This document shows, piece after piece, positions 1-9,935 of a stretch of DNA of 64,000 bases. The DNA comes from an uncultured Flavobacterium sp. GTDB taxonomy: Bacteria; Bacteroidota; Bacteroidia; Flavobacteriales; Flavobacteriaceae. Position 1 is the stretch's first letter; each line of letters begins with the position of its first letter. The DNA lies in contig CAUPKA010000006.1 in assembly GCA_963511725.1 (NCBI GenBank), positions 7,265-71,264 on the forward strand. Direction: 5' to 3'. Made by a program: the position numbers and the translations under genes. Under the pieces are notes generated by a model that made no database searches, was not told the DNA's origin, and worked only from the letters and a program-made list of their open reading frames with translations.

Positions 1-330
1 TTGGAACCTTCAGCTTTTTATCAATATTATCAAAGTGATGGACGTTCGGTAACGGATTTGAACATTAAATACAGGAAATTTAACCGATATGAAGATTATT
101 ATTGGGTGGGAGCTTCCTATCGTTTCTTGAATGATCAAATCGGGAAGCCTTTGGCTGTTGGGCCTATAGTAGGATTTCAAAAAGGATATATTTCCATGGG
201 TTATTCGTATCAAATTACATTAAATGATTTAGCAGCTTACAACTCGGGAACACATTCATTAACTATCGGATTTAGATTCCTGCAAGGATTAAGTAACTGT
301 CCATGTACTCAAAGTCCGGTCCACGATTAG
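1..330 (+). CDS. PorP/SprF family type IX secretion system membrane protein, C-terminal part (starts upstream of window)
   Basis: Beta-barrel C-terminus with YWVGASYR...GYSYQ...SGTHSLTIGFRF pattern typical of PorP/SprF; no start inside window. Confidence 0.75.
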   Translation: MEPSAFYQYYQSDGRSVTDLNIKYRKFNRYEDYYWVGASYRFLNDQIGKPLAVGPIVGFQKGYISMGYSYQITLNDLAAYNSGTHSLTIGFRFLQGLSNCPCTQSPVHD

Positions 331-351
331 TTAGTTTTTATATCATATATT

Positions 352-394
352 AAAGGCCCTATTGATTCTTATTCATAGAATCAATAGGGCCTTT
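352..394. terminator. Rho-independent terminator
   Basis: Perfect inverted repeat aaaggccctattgattct / agaatcaatagggccttt followed by T-tract, 22 nt after the stop codon. Confidence 0.85.
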
Positions 395-542
395 TTCTGT
401 AGAAATGATTGAAATTGTCTAATACGCTTCAATTTTCAATTATTTACGAAATAGCTTGTGTTTATTTTGCATTTACATCGATTTCGTTAGTAATTTCATA
501 TTTTTTTTAGAATTTTAGAATTTAATACTTATTTAAAAGTTA

Positions 543-550
543 TATCTTTG
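543..550 (+). promoter_or_regulatory. Bacteroidota -7 promoter element for pgk
   Basis: TATCTTTG matches TAnnTTTG, about 35 nt upstream of the ATG at 584. Confidence 0.55.
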
Positions 551-583
551 TTTTTCTTTCAAAAAACAATTAAAAAAAGAACC

Positions 584-1771
584 ATGAAGACTTTAAATAA
601 TTTTGATTTTAATAATAAAAAGGCAATAATAAGAGTTGATTTTAATGTTCCTTTAGATGAAAACTTCAATGTAACAGATGCCACTCGTATTGAAGCTGCA
701 AAACCAACTATCGACTATATTTTATCTAACGGAGGCAGTGTTATTTTGATGTCACACCTTGGAAGACCAAAAGGAGCTCAAGACAAATATTCGTTAAAAC
801 ATATACTAAAAACGACTTCAGAAATTTTAGGAGTTCCAGTTCAATTTGCTTCAGATTGTGTTGGAGCAGAAGCTCAAGAAGCTGCCAAAAACTTAAAAGC
901 AGGTGAAGTATTATTATTAGAAAATTTACGTTTTCATGACGAAGAAGAAGCTGGAGATGTAGCTTTTGCTAAAGAATTAGCTTCACTTGGAGACATCTAT
1001 GTAAATGATGCTTTTGGTACAGCACACAGAGCACACGCTTCGACTACCATTATCGCACAGTTTTTTCCAACAAGTAAATGTTTTGGATTATTATTGGCGA
1101 AAGAAATCGAAAGCTTAAATAAAGTTTTAAAAAACAGTGAAAAACCAGTAACAGCTGTACTTGGAGGCTCTAAAGTTTCTTCTAAAATTACCGTTATCGA
1201 AAACATTCTTGATAAAGTTGATCACATGATTATTGGCGGCGGAATGACTTTTACGTTTGTAAAAGCATTGGGTGGCAATGTTGGTGAATCTATTTGTGAA
1301 CTTGACAAATTGGACTTAGCTCTTGAAATTTTAAGACTGGCTAAAGAAAAAGGAGTTCAGATTCACATTCCTGTTGATGTAGTTGCTGCTAATGACTTTT
1401 CGAATACAGCCGATACTCAAATTGTTGATGTAAGAGAAATTCCTGACGGATGGCAAGGTCTTGATGCAGGTCCAAAATCATTGGCAAATTTTGAAAAAGT
1501 GATTTTGGAATCTAAAACAATTCTTTGGAATGGTCCTCTAGGAGTTTTTGAAATGGAAACATTTGCAAAAGGAACTATTGCACTAGGGAATTTTATCGCA
1601 GCTTCTACTGAAAATGGAGCGTTCTCTCTTGTAGGTGGAGGAGATTCTGTAGCTGCCGTAAAACAATTCGGATTTGAAGATAAAATGAGTTATGTTTCTA
1701 CTGGCGGCGGTGCTATGTTAGAAATGTTAGAAGGCAGAATTTTACCTGGAATTGCTGCAATATTAGACTAA
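584..1771 (+). CDS. pgk: Phosphoglycerate kinase
   Basis: [38 protein letters not shown] and STGGGA motifs; ATG at 584 preferred over the TTG at 548. Confidence 0.98.
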   Translation: MKTLNNFDFNNKKAIIRVDFNVPLDENFNVTDATRIEAAKPTIDYILSNGGSVILMSHLGRPKGAQDKYSLKHILKTTSEILGVPVQFASDCVGAEAQEAAKNLKAGEVLLLENLRFHDEEEAGDVAFAKELASLGDIYVNDAFGTAHRAHASTTIIAQFFPTSKCFGLLLAKEIESLNKVLKNSEKPVTAVLGGSKVSSKITVIENILDKVDHMIIGGGMTFTFVKALGGNVGESICELDKLDLALEILRLAKEKGVQIHIPVDVVAANDFSNTADTQIVDVREIPDGWQGLDAGPKSLANFEKVILESKTILWNGPLGVFEMETFAKGTIALGNFIAASTENGAFSLVGGGDSVAAVKQFGFEDKMSYVSTGGGAMLEMLEGRILPGIAAILD

Positions 1772-1831
1772 ACAGTTTACTTTTTCATCAATTCAATATT
1801 TTTGAATTTTAAATATCTAATTATATTTTTT

Positions 1832-1873
1832 AAAAAAACCTTTAGTTGCAAACAAGTAACTAAAGGTTTTTTT
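1832..1873. terminator. Rho-independent terminator after pgk
   Basis: aaaaaaacctttagtt / aactaaaggttttttt inverted repeat. Confidence 0.8.
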
Positions 1874-2176
1874 GTTTTGTATAGCATACTATATATCAGT
1901 ATTTTGCGTTATTAAACTTCAGTCTGTTTTTTAAGTTTACGCATCTGAAATCATTTTTTAACACTTCAATTTATTATTTTTTGGAACTGGAAAATTTTTA
2001 AAATTGCTTTTATTGCATTTTTTGAAATTATTTACTCACAAACAATTAAAAATTAGGTTAAATGTCGCTTTTTTTTGTATTTTTAACATTATTTATGTTT
2101 TTTTTTAGAAAATACATTCTAAGTTTGCATAAATTGTACTGTAACAAATTGAATAATAGCAAATTAAATTACTGTT

Positions 2177-4207
2177 ATGAAAATAAAAAATACCACACTT
2201 TCTTTTTTTCTAATGCTTACTGTTTGTGCATTTTCTCAGAACACTGTAGAAAATTCAGAAATTGGAAGTATCCAAAAACCGATTTCTTATTTAGATTCAA
2301 TAAAAAGTTCTTTTGTAAAATATGACCGTGCTGTTAAAACGGATAGTTTATGGATGAACCAAATTGGTACTTCTCTAGATATCTATAATGATTTAGCTAC
2401 TGAAATAAATACCGTAAATGTTGATAAGGATATAGACGCAGAGTTGCCTACTGAATTGCTGAAAGAAAGACTAGCTGTGATGGATGCCAAATCACCTTTT
2501 AACATAGAATATAATCAGGGTTTAGAGAATTTAATTAAGTCTTTCCTTAAAAATAGAAAAAAAGCTTTCGCCAACCAAATGGCAGTTGCACAATATTATT
2601 TCCCAATTTTCGAAGAAGCACTGGCTAAACAAAATGTTCCTTTAGAAATTAAATACTTAGCCGTTGTAGAATCTGCCCTAAATCCAAAGGCCGTATCCAG
2701 AGTTGGTGCAACAGGATTGTGGCAATTTATGTATAATACAGGTAAACAGTATAATTTAAACATTGATTCCTACATAGATGAACGTTCAGATCCTTTAAAA
2801 GCATCTGCTGCAGCTGCCCAATATATGACCAACATGTTTACTATTTTCAATGATTGGGATTTGGTTTTAGCTTCTTATAATTCAGGACCAGGAAATGTAA
2901 CTAAGGCGATTCGCCGTTCTGGAGGCCAACAAAATTTTTGGAACATCAAAAAGAATTTGCCTTTGGAAACCCAAGGTTATGTACCAGCTTTTCTTGCGAC
3001 TATGTATATTTATGAATACCATAAAGAACATGGCATAAATCCTAAAAAAGCTTTGGTCAGACATTTTGCAACCGATACTGTAATGGTTAAAAAGGAAATG
3101 TCTTTTGCTCAGATTTCTAATTTATTAGATATTCCAATTGAACAATTGCAAGCATTAAATCCATCATACAAACGAAATGTGATTCCTAATTATGCTGGCA
3201 AAAGCCATTATCTGACCCTTCCTTCTTGCAAAGTGGGTGTTTTTACTTCTAATGAGGATAAAATATATGCTTATCTTCAATACGAAATAAACAAAAGAGA
3301 GAAAACCAATCAATACAAAAAAGCAACTTTTATGAAAGATTCTACTGCTTTAGCTTCTAATAATAAGGTTAAATATTATAAAGTTAAAAAAGGTGATAAT
3401 TTAAGTGAAATTGCCAAGAATAACGATGTGGCTGTTTCTGACTTGAAAAAATGGAATCACATTAAAGGAAATGCTGTCGCTTCTGGAAAATCTTTAAAAA
3501 TTATTATCGAAAATGTGGATACTAATAGATCTTTGGCATCCAATTTAGATAAAAGCAAATCCATTATTGTAAAAGACAACACGAATGTTGCAACAGCAGA
3601 ATCTAAAGCTACTATTGACAAAAAGGACACATTGGTTGCCAATGCTACTAATTTCTATGTTGTACAAAAAGGTGATAATCTGAACACTATTGCTAAAAAA
3701 TACAATACTACAGTTGCCGAAATTAAAGAGTGGAACCATTTAAGCTCTACAAACTTAAAATTAGGCGCTTCCATACAAGTAAGCAATGCTGTTGTTGAAA
3801 CAAATGAGGCAGTTGCAGTTGTTGCTCCTGAGTTGAGAGATATTAAATACGAAGTTCAAAAAGGAGATAATCTTGGAAGTATTGCCAAAAAATTTGGTTC
3901 ATCAGTTGTTGATTTAAAAAACTGGAACAGTCTACACTCTAATAATATAGCTCTTGGTAATGTTTTGGTTGTTGCCAAAAATGAGGTAGCTATAAATACT
4001 AATAATGCTACTGCAGATTCATTCAAGAAAAAAGACATAAGTGCTGCTTCAAAAAACAGTGATATTAATTACTTGGTTCAAAAAGGAGATTCTCTATTCA
4101 GTATTTCCAAAAAATACCCAGGTGTTACAGTTTCTGATTTACAAAAATGGAACAACATCTCTGGAGATGATTTAAAACCTGGTATGGGTTTAAAAATAAA
4201 AGGATAG
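2177..4207 (+). CDS. mltD: MltD-like lytic murein transglycosylase with four LysM domains
   Basis: Signal peptide; SLT motifs AVVES, GATGLWQFM, LASYNSGPG; four YxVxKGDxL LysM repeats. Confidence 0.9.
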   Translation: MKIKNTTLSFFLMLTVCAFSQNTVENSEIGSIQKPISYLDSIKSSFVKYDRAVKTDSLWMNQIGTSLDIYNDLATEINTVNVDKDIDAELPTELLKERLAVMDAKSPFNIEYNQGLENLIKSFLKNRKKAFANQMAVAQYYFPIFEEALAKQNVPLEIKYLAVVESALNPKAVSRVGATGLWQFMYNTGKQYNLNIDSYIDERSDPLKASAAAAQYMTNMFTIFNDWDLVLASYNSGPGNVTKAIRRSGGQQNFWNIKKNLPLETQGYVPAFLATMYIYEYHKEHGINPKKALVRHFATDTVMVKKEMSFAQISNLLDIPIEQLQALNPSYKRNVIPNYAGKSHYLTLPSCKVGVFTSNEDKIYAYLQYEINKREKTNQYKKATFMKDSTALASNNKVKYYKVKKGDNLSEIAKNNDVAVSDLKKWNHIKGNAVASGKSLKIIIENVDTNRSLASNLDKSKSIIVKDNTNVATAESKATIDKKDTLVANATNFYVVQKGDNLNTIAKKYNTTVAEIKEWNHLSSTNLKLGASIQVSNAVVETNEAVAVVAPELRDIKYEVQKGDNLGSIAKKFGSSVVDLKNWNSLHSNNIALGNVLVVAKNEVAINTNNATADSFKKKDISAASKNSDINYLVQKGDSLFSISKKYPGVTVSDLQKWNNISGDDLKPGMGLKIKG

Positions 4208-4234
4208 ACCTAGTTTAAAAATTTCACTTTACTA

Positions 4235-4900
4235 ATGCTTAAAAAAACCGTCTTAGCTTTTGCACTTTTTTTGCTATTAAATTCGTGTGCTGTTCAAGAT
4301 AAAAATTTCTCGGAGAATGATTGGTATGCTTTTACTAAAACAAGCAACCAAAGAATCAAGCCCTCGGAAGTCTATGAGTTTACCGATGGATTGATTCGTA
4401 TGCATGGAGATAATATTGGCTATTTGATGACCAATAAAAGCTATAAAAACTTTGAGCTGGCTTTAGACTTTCGATGGAACATTGAAGAGAAATTTAATAA
4501 AGGCAAAGCCAAAAAGAACAGCGGTGTGATGTACAACATACCAACAGATTCACCGGATAACATCTGGCCAAAAGGAATTCAATTCCAAATGAAAGAGAAT
4601 ACTACCGGAGATTTCATTTTTTTAGATAATATAACAGCGGTAGTAAACGGAAAATTAGTGGAAGCTGGCGCAAGCGTCACCTCACCTAAATTTAGTGCCA
4701 ACGAAAATCCTTACGGTGAATGGAATCAAGTATTGATTCGCTCATTCAATGGAAAAATCACCCAATATTTGAATGGAAAATTAGTAAATGAGTGTGTGGA
4801 AGCTTCTTCCAAGGAGGGTAAAATTTCTTTGAATTATGAAGGTTCACCAGTTGATTTTAGAAATATTCGATTAAAAAGCATTTCTAAAGAAGAAAATTAA
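4235..4900 (+). CDS. DUF1080 (3-keto-disaccharide hydrolase-like) lipoprotein
   Basis: Lipobox LNSC; YKNFEL, NSGV, GEWN, GKISL-x-EG...FRNI motifs. Confidence 0.8.
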   Translation: MLKKTVLAFALFLLLNSCAVQDKNFSENDWYAFTKTSNQRIKPSEVYEFTDGLIRMHGDNIGYLMTNKSYKNFELALDFRWNIEEKFNKGKAKKNSGVMYNIPTDSPDNIWPKGIQFQMKENTTGDFIFLDNITAVVNGKLVEAGASVTSPKFSANENPYGEWNQVLIRSFNGKITQYLNGKLVNECVEASSKEGKISLNYEGSPVDFRNIRLKSISKEEN

Positions 4901-4948
4901 AATTTTTCAAAAGGCTTTTTTTATTTTTGAAGATTAATTGCTCTATCA

Positions 4949-5923
4949 ATGAATAAAAACCTTTTTTTATTTTTTTCCTTTTTATCGCTTTTATTTTTTT
5001 CCTGTAAAAAGCAAGAAGATGATGTGCCAAGAAAATCGACTGGTAAAATCAACACTATTTCGGTGGTTATTGATGATCAATTGTGGAATGGTATTATTGG
5101 AGACAGCATTCGAAATAAATTTGCCAGTCCTGTTCAAGGTTTATCCGAAGAAGAACCTCAATTTGACATCAATCAGTTTCCTATCAACGTGATGGAAGGT
5201 TTTGTTACCAAAAGCAGAACTATCATTGTTATTAAACAAGGGGAAAAGAATGATTTTAGGATTAAAAAAAATCAATACGCTATTCCTCAAAATGTAATTC
5301 ATATTACGGGAAGAACTCTCTCGGACTTATCGAATATTATCGAAAAAAGATCGCCTCAAATCATTAAAATCATTCAAGAGAGCGAAATTCAAGCACATCA
5401 GCTTTTGTTAAATGATTCTTTATTAGATTCAAAGGCAATCCAAAAGCAATTTAAGCTCACATTAAAAATCCCAAAAGACTATTCTTATGCTTTAAAGAAT
5501 GAGAGTTTTGTTTGGCTTAAAAGTGAATTTCAAAGCGGAAGCACCAGTTTGTTGATTACTCAATTGCCAATGAGTACCATTAGTTCGGAGGACAATGTGC
5601 TGGAGAAAGTTATAAAAGTGCACGATTCCATAGGAACTTTATACATAAAAGGCAAAGAGCCTACTTCCAGTCTGTATATTGACAAATCATATCCACTTTA
5701 CCCGTCTCAGATTACCCTTGACGGAAAACGGGCTTATGAAACCAAAGGAACATGGCGATTGAGAGATAGCTTTATGTTTGGCGCTTTTGCAAATTATTTG
5801 ATTATTGATTCAAAAAATAACAGAATTATTTATCTGGAAGGATTTTGCTACATCCCATCAAGAGCGCAACGTGATTATATGCATGAATTGGAATCGATTA
5901 TTAAAGGGATAAAGATAAATTGA
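4949..5923 (+). CDS. DUF4837 family lipoprotein
   Basis: Lipobox FFSC; FASPVQGL..EEPQF and ETKGTW motifs. Confidence 0.7.
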   Translation: MNKNLFLFFSFLSLLFFSCKKQEDDVPRKSTGKINTISVVIDDQLWNGIIGDSIRNKFASPVQGLSEEEPQFDINQFPINVMEGFVTKSRTIIVIKQGEKNDFRIKKNQYAIPQNVIHITGRTLSDLSNIIEKRSPQIIKIIQESEIQAHQLLLNDSLLDSKAIQKQFKLTLKIPKDYSYALKNESFVWLKSEFQSGSTSLLITQLPMSTISSEDNVLEKVIKVHDSIGTLYIKGKEPTSSLYIDKSYPLYPSQITLDGKRAYETKGTWRLRDSFMFGAFANYLIIDSKNNRIIYLEGFCYIPSRAQRDYMHELESIIKGIKIN

Positions 5924-5994
5924 TTTTTATTTTTTATCATTTTTTATTTTTTGAGGTTTATATTTGCTATTTAACACAATAACGAATTTTACCA

Positions 5995-6441
5995 ATGCCT
6001 ATAGAATGGAAAATAAAGCCTTTTGAGGCATTAACTGTGACCGAATTATATGACATACTCCAATTGCGAAGCAGGATCTTTGTAGTGGAGCAAAATTGCG
6101 TCTATCTTGATTTGGATGGGAAGGATAAAGTTGCGTTGCATCTTTTTGGAATTTTTGAGGGGAAAATTGTCGCACACGCCAGACTTTTCAAAGCGGGAAT
6201 TTCTTTTGACAATGCTTCTATCGGAAGAGTTACTGTAGATCCAGATTATAGAGACCGAAAATGGGGACACGATTTGATGCAAAATGCAATTGCTGGTATT
6301 TTGGAACACTTTGGCGAAAGCCAAATTACTATCGGAGCTCAATTATACCTCAAAAATTTTTATGAAAAGCATGGTTTTGTGCAGACAAGCGAAATGTATC
6401 TAGAAGATGATATTCCGCATATAGAGATGATTAAGAGCTGA
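5995..6441 (+). CDS. ElaA-like GNAT acetyltransferase
   Basis: LRSRIFVVEQ, IGRV, AQLYLKNFYEKHGF, EDDIPH. Confidence 0.92.
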   Translation: MPIEWKIKPFEALTVTELYDILQLRSRIFVVEQNCVYLDLDGKDKVALHLFGIFEGKIVAHARLFKAGISFDNASIGRVTVDPDYRDRKWGHDLMQNAIAGILEHFGESQITIGAQLYLKNFYEKHGFVQTSEMYLEDDIPHIEMIKS

Positions 6442-6538
6442 TTTGGCGTGTAGTTTTAAAGCACTCATAACATCTTTGTTTTCATATAAGTCAACTTTTG
6501 TGTCTACTTATTTTAGGACTATACATTTATAAAAAATT

Positions 6539-6565
6539 AAAAGCCTCACATAATGCGAGGCTTCT
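6539..6565. terminator. Bidirectional terminator between convergent genes
   Basis: aagcctc-N9-gaggctt hairpin with A-rich and T-rich flanks. Confidence 0.6.
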
Positions 6566-6587
6566 ATATTACTTTTAAACTAAAAAT

Positions 6588-7430
6588 CTAGTTAACTGAA
6601 ATTAGTTTAATATCAAAAATTAAAACCGAACCACCTGGAATAGTACTGTAATTGTTACTTCCATAGCCCAAAGTAGCAGGTATCAGAAGCTTTCCGCTTC
6701 CTCCTTCTTTAAAATATGGAATTCCTTCTGTCCAGCCTTTAATAACTTGCTGTAAATTAAAAGAAACTCCACTGGCAGTACTTTGATCAAAAACAGTTTT
6801 GTTTGTAAAATAACCTTTGTAAGCCACCGTTACATTTGAAGTTGATGTGGGCTGCTTGCCTGTTCCCGCTTGGTCAATTACATAATACAAACCAGAAGCC
6901 GTTTTTACAGCATTTAGTTGATTGTCCGCAATATATTTTACAATTTCTGCATCATTTGCAGCGCTATATTCAACCGAAATTAATTTGACTTCAAAAATCA
7001 AAACGGAACCAGCCGGAACGCCGCGAGATTCATCACTTCCATAAGCCAAGTGAGCTGGTATCAAAAGAATACCGCTTCCTCCTTCTTTAAAAAAAGGAAT
7101 TCCTTCAATCCAACCTGTTATCATTCCTTGTAAATTAGCAGTAATACCAGCATCTGTACTTTGACCAAAAGCCTTTTTGTCAGTATAATAACCTTTGTAA
7201 GTCACCGTCACGTTTGAAGTTGCTGTAGGCTGTTTGCCTGTTCCAGCTTCATTGATCACATAGTACAAACCCGAATTCGTTCTTTTGGCATCTAAGTTGT
7301 TATTGGCAATATAGGCTTTAATTTCAGCTTCATTCTTAGCTGTATAATCTACCTCTATATGTGGTTCAGTATCGCTGCTGTTGCAAGACATAAAAAGTAT
7401 GGCTATAATCGCCAAAAAGGAATATTTCAT
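6588..7430 (-). CDS. FKBP-type peptidyl-prolyl isomerase lipoprotein with two tandem FKBP domains
   Basis: Lipobox FMSC; two copies of SGLYY..GTG..YKG..GW.EG..LLIP..L.YG..GSVLIF. Confidence 0.92.
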   Translation of the reverse strand: MKYSFLAIIAILFMSCNSSDTEPHIEVDYTAKNEAEIKAYIANNNLDAKRTNSGLYYVINEAGTGKQPTATSNVTVTYKGYYTDKKAFGQSTDAGITANLQGMITGWIEGIPFFKEGGSGILLIPAHLAYGSDESRGVPAGSVLIFEVKLISVEYSAANDAEIVKYIADNQLNAVKTASGLYYVIDQAGTGKQPTSTSNVTVAYKGYFTNKTVFDQSTASGVSFNLQQVIKGWTEGIPYFKEGGSGKLLIPATLGYGSNNYSTIPGGSVLIFDIKLISVN

Positions 7431-7576
7431 AAGTTTATAATTGTGATTGGTGGCAAATATACTTTTTTGGGATTACATTAATTAATAAGATTTTCTTAAA
7501 AAAAAACTTCTAAATCGACTTGCAGTTATCTATTTGTTTTTGAATAGAATGTTCACTTGAATTGAATTGTAAATTT

Positions 7577-7718
7577 TAACCCGTTGTGTGAAATTATCAA
7601 AAAAGAGCAATATCTGATGTTTTGTCATTCTGACGAAGGAGGAATCACAAAATCGTTAAGATTAACTATAAAAAAACATAAGTTTTAATCATTAAATATA
7701 ATTTCACCCAACTGGTTA
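7577..7718. mobile_element. MITE family A, copy 1 (internal hairpin half deleted)
   Basis: 21-bp TIR taacccgttgtgtgaaattat / ataatttcacccaactggtta (2 mismatches); 5-bp TSD aattt; nearly identical to 12213-12396. Confidence 0.75.
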
Positions 7719-7771
7719 AATTTCAATAAAGTAGTATCATAATTATCTAAAAAGCTGCCTGAGCGATAGCG

Positions 7772-7914
7772 TAATTTCAGTAAATCAAGCTTTAATTATT
7801 CTCGCGAAGGTGCAAAGACGCAAAATTTAGAACCGATTTCTTTGTGACTTCGAGTTTTTGCGAGAGCTAGATTTTTAAAAAACTTAGAGAGAAATTCTTG
7901 GTCTAATGACATTG
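7772..7914. mobile_element. MITE family B, degenerate copy
   Basis: Ends match the 18-bp TIR of 59375-59549 at 13/18 and 14/18; 10-bp TSD agcgatagcg / agctttagcg (8/10). Confidence 0.55.
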
Positions 7915-8030
7915 AGCTTTAGCGAACAGGCGAAGCAAATCTTTTTGTTCTCCAAATAATTGTCGAACTTAGATTGAAGTGAAAATAATAATATTCCGCT
8001 AATTCGCATTAGAAAACCGTAAAAGTTCAC

Positions 8031-8038
8031 TACTTTTG
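8031..8038 (+). promoter_or_regulatory. Bacteroidota -7 promoter element for trhO
   Basis: TACTTTTG matches TAnnTTTG upstream of 8106. Confidence 0.5.
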
Positions 8039-8105
8039 CGCCCGATTTCGAATGCTTTTATTTCGAAAATCGACATATATTTTCTCACCTTAAACTGTTT
8101 ATAGC

Positions 8106-9461
8106 ATGCAACTGTACAACACCTTAAGCGCAGAAGAAAGAGCCATCATGATTGATGATGCCGGTAAACAACGACTAACGTTGTCTTTCTATGCGTATGC
8201 CAAAATTCAAGATCCCAAACAATTTCGCGACGATTTATTTATAGCCTGGAATGCACTCGATGCTTTGGGCAGAATATACGTGGCTCACGAAGGAATCAAC
8301 GCCCAGATGAGTATTCCCGAAGAAAATTTGGAAGCTTTTAGAACAACTTTAGAAGTTTATGATTTCATGAAAGGCATTCGTTTGAATGAAGCGGTAGAAC
8401 ATGATGACCATTCGTTTTTAAAATTGACCATCAAAGTGCGCCACAAAATTGTTGCTGACGGTCTGAACGACGAAACATTTGATGTAACTGATATAGGCGT
8501 TCACTTGAAAGCCGCCGAATTCAATGAAATTCTGGATGATCCAAACACTATTGTAGTTGATTTTAGAAATCACTACGAAAGTGAAGTGGGTTATTTTAAA
8601 GACGCCATCACTCCAGATGTAGAAACCTTTAGAGAGAGTCTGCCAATAATCAATGAGCAGCTTCAAAATCACAAAGAAGATAAAAATCTCGTAATGTACT
8701 GCACCGGAGGAATTCGCTGTGAGAAAGCGAGTGCTTATTTCAAACACCAAGGCTTTAAAAATGTTTTTCAGTTAGAAGGCGGAATTATCAATTATGCCAA
8801 GCAGATCAAAGAAGAAGGTTTGGAAAGCAAGTTTATCGGAAAGAATTTTGTTTTCGATAATCGTCTAGGCGAAAGAATTACAGATGATATCGTTTCGCAA
8901 TGCCACCAATGCGGAAAACCATGCGATAACCACACCAATTGTGAAAATGACGGATGCCACTTGCTGTTCATTCAATGCGATGAATGCAAATCGGCAATGG
9001 ACAACTGCTGTTCTACCGAATGCTTGGACATTATTCACTTGCCTTTGGTTGATCAAGTACGATTAAGAACTGGACAACAAGTTGGGAACAAAGTTTTTAG
9101 AAAAGGAAAATCAGAGGTGCTGGCATTCAAAAATAAAGAAGAAAACCATACCGTTTTTGGTTCAAAAGAGCCGAAAACTGCCACTCAAAAACCAATTAAA
9201 ATCAAGAAACAATACGTTGGAAAAGGAACTCACTTTTTTCCAAAACCAAGTGTTGCGCAGTTTTTGATCGAGGAAAACGAAATTAATGTTGGTGATAAAA
9301 TCCTCATCAAAGGTTCTACAACTGGTGAACAAGAACTTGTTATTGAGAAGATGTTGGTAAACGATATCGAATCAGATAAAGCTGTTTCTGGTGATACTTG
9401 TACTTTTAAAGTTTCTTTTAGAATTCGCTTGTCTGATAAATTGTATAAAATTGTAGATTAG
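8106..9461 (+). CDS. trhO: tRNA U34 hydroxylase TrhO (YceA/UPF0176 rhodanese) with an extra U32-type C-terminal domain
   Basis: GRIYVAHEGINA, DFRNHYESEVG, MYCTGGIRCEKAS, LEGGII..Y, GKNFVFD.R and a Cys-rich tail. Confidence 0.92.
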   Translation: MQLYNTLSAEERAIMIDDAGKQRLTLSFYAYAKIQDPKQFRDDLFIAWNALDALGRIYVAHEGINAQMSIPEENLEAFRTTLEVYDFMKGIRLNEAVEHDDHSFLKLTIKVRHKIVADGLNDETFDVTDIGVHLKAAEFNEILDDPNTIVVDFRNHYESEVGYFKDAITPDVETFRESLPIINEQLQNHKEDKNLVMYCTGGIRCEKASAYFKHQGFKNVFQLEGGIINYAKQIKEEGLESKFIGKNFVFDNRLGERITDDIVSQCHQCGKPCDNHTNCENDGCHLLFIQCDECKSAMDNCCSTECLDIIHLPLVDQVRLRTGQQVGNKVFRKGKSEVLAFKNKEENHTVFGSKEPKTATQKPIKIKKQYVGKGTHFFPKPSVAQFLIEENEINVGDKILIKGSTTGEQELVIEKMLVNDIESDKAVSGDTCTFKVSFRIRLSDKLYKIVD

Positions 9462-9484
9462 TGGAAATTTAAACACTAATTTCC

Positions 9485-9925
9485 ATGCCGCACTCTTTCA
9501 ATAAATTATGGATTCATGCTATTTGGGCAACCAAAAATCGTCAGGAGTTAATCGATTTTTCAATAGAAAACAAAGTATATGATTATATTCGAGAGGAATT
9601 AATTGAGCTTGGATGTCCAGTCAGAATCATTAACGGTATGCCTGATCATGTTCACGTTTTGTTTTTATTGAATCCGCAAAAATCAATTACTGATGTAATT
9701 AAGCAAATAAAAGGAAGCTCTTCGCATTCTATAAATGGCGAAAATCTTATGCTTGAAAAATTTGCTTGGCAAACTGGCTTTGCGTCGTTTTCTGTCAGTG
9801 AATCTCAATTGGAAATGGTTTATAATTATATTAAAAATCAGAAACAGCATCATCTAAGGAAAAATGGACAAGATGAGTTTGATGATTTTATAAAACTGCA
9901 TGGATTGAATAATTCTAATATTTGA
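9485..9925 (+). mobile_element. tnpA: IS200/IS605-type Y1 (HUH) transposase TnpA, probably REP-associated
   Basis: HAIWATKNR, HUH motif DHVH, KQIKGSSS, WQTGF, catalytic YIKNQ. Confidence 0.88.
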
Positions 9926-9935
9926 TAATCTATAT

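Noticed and set aside
2062-2325. 87-aa ORF overlapping the mltD start
   Set aside because: Low-complexity AT-rich promoter sequence overlapping a well-supported gene in another frame
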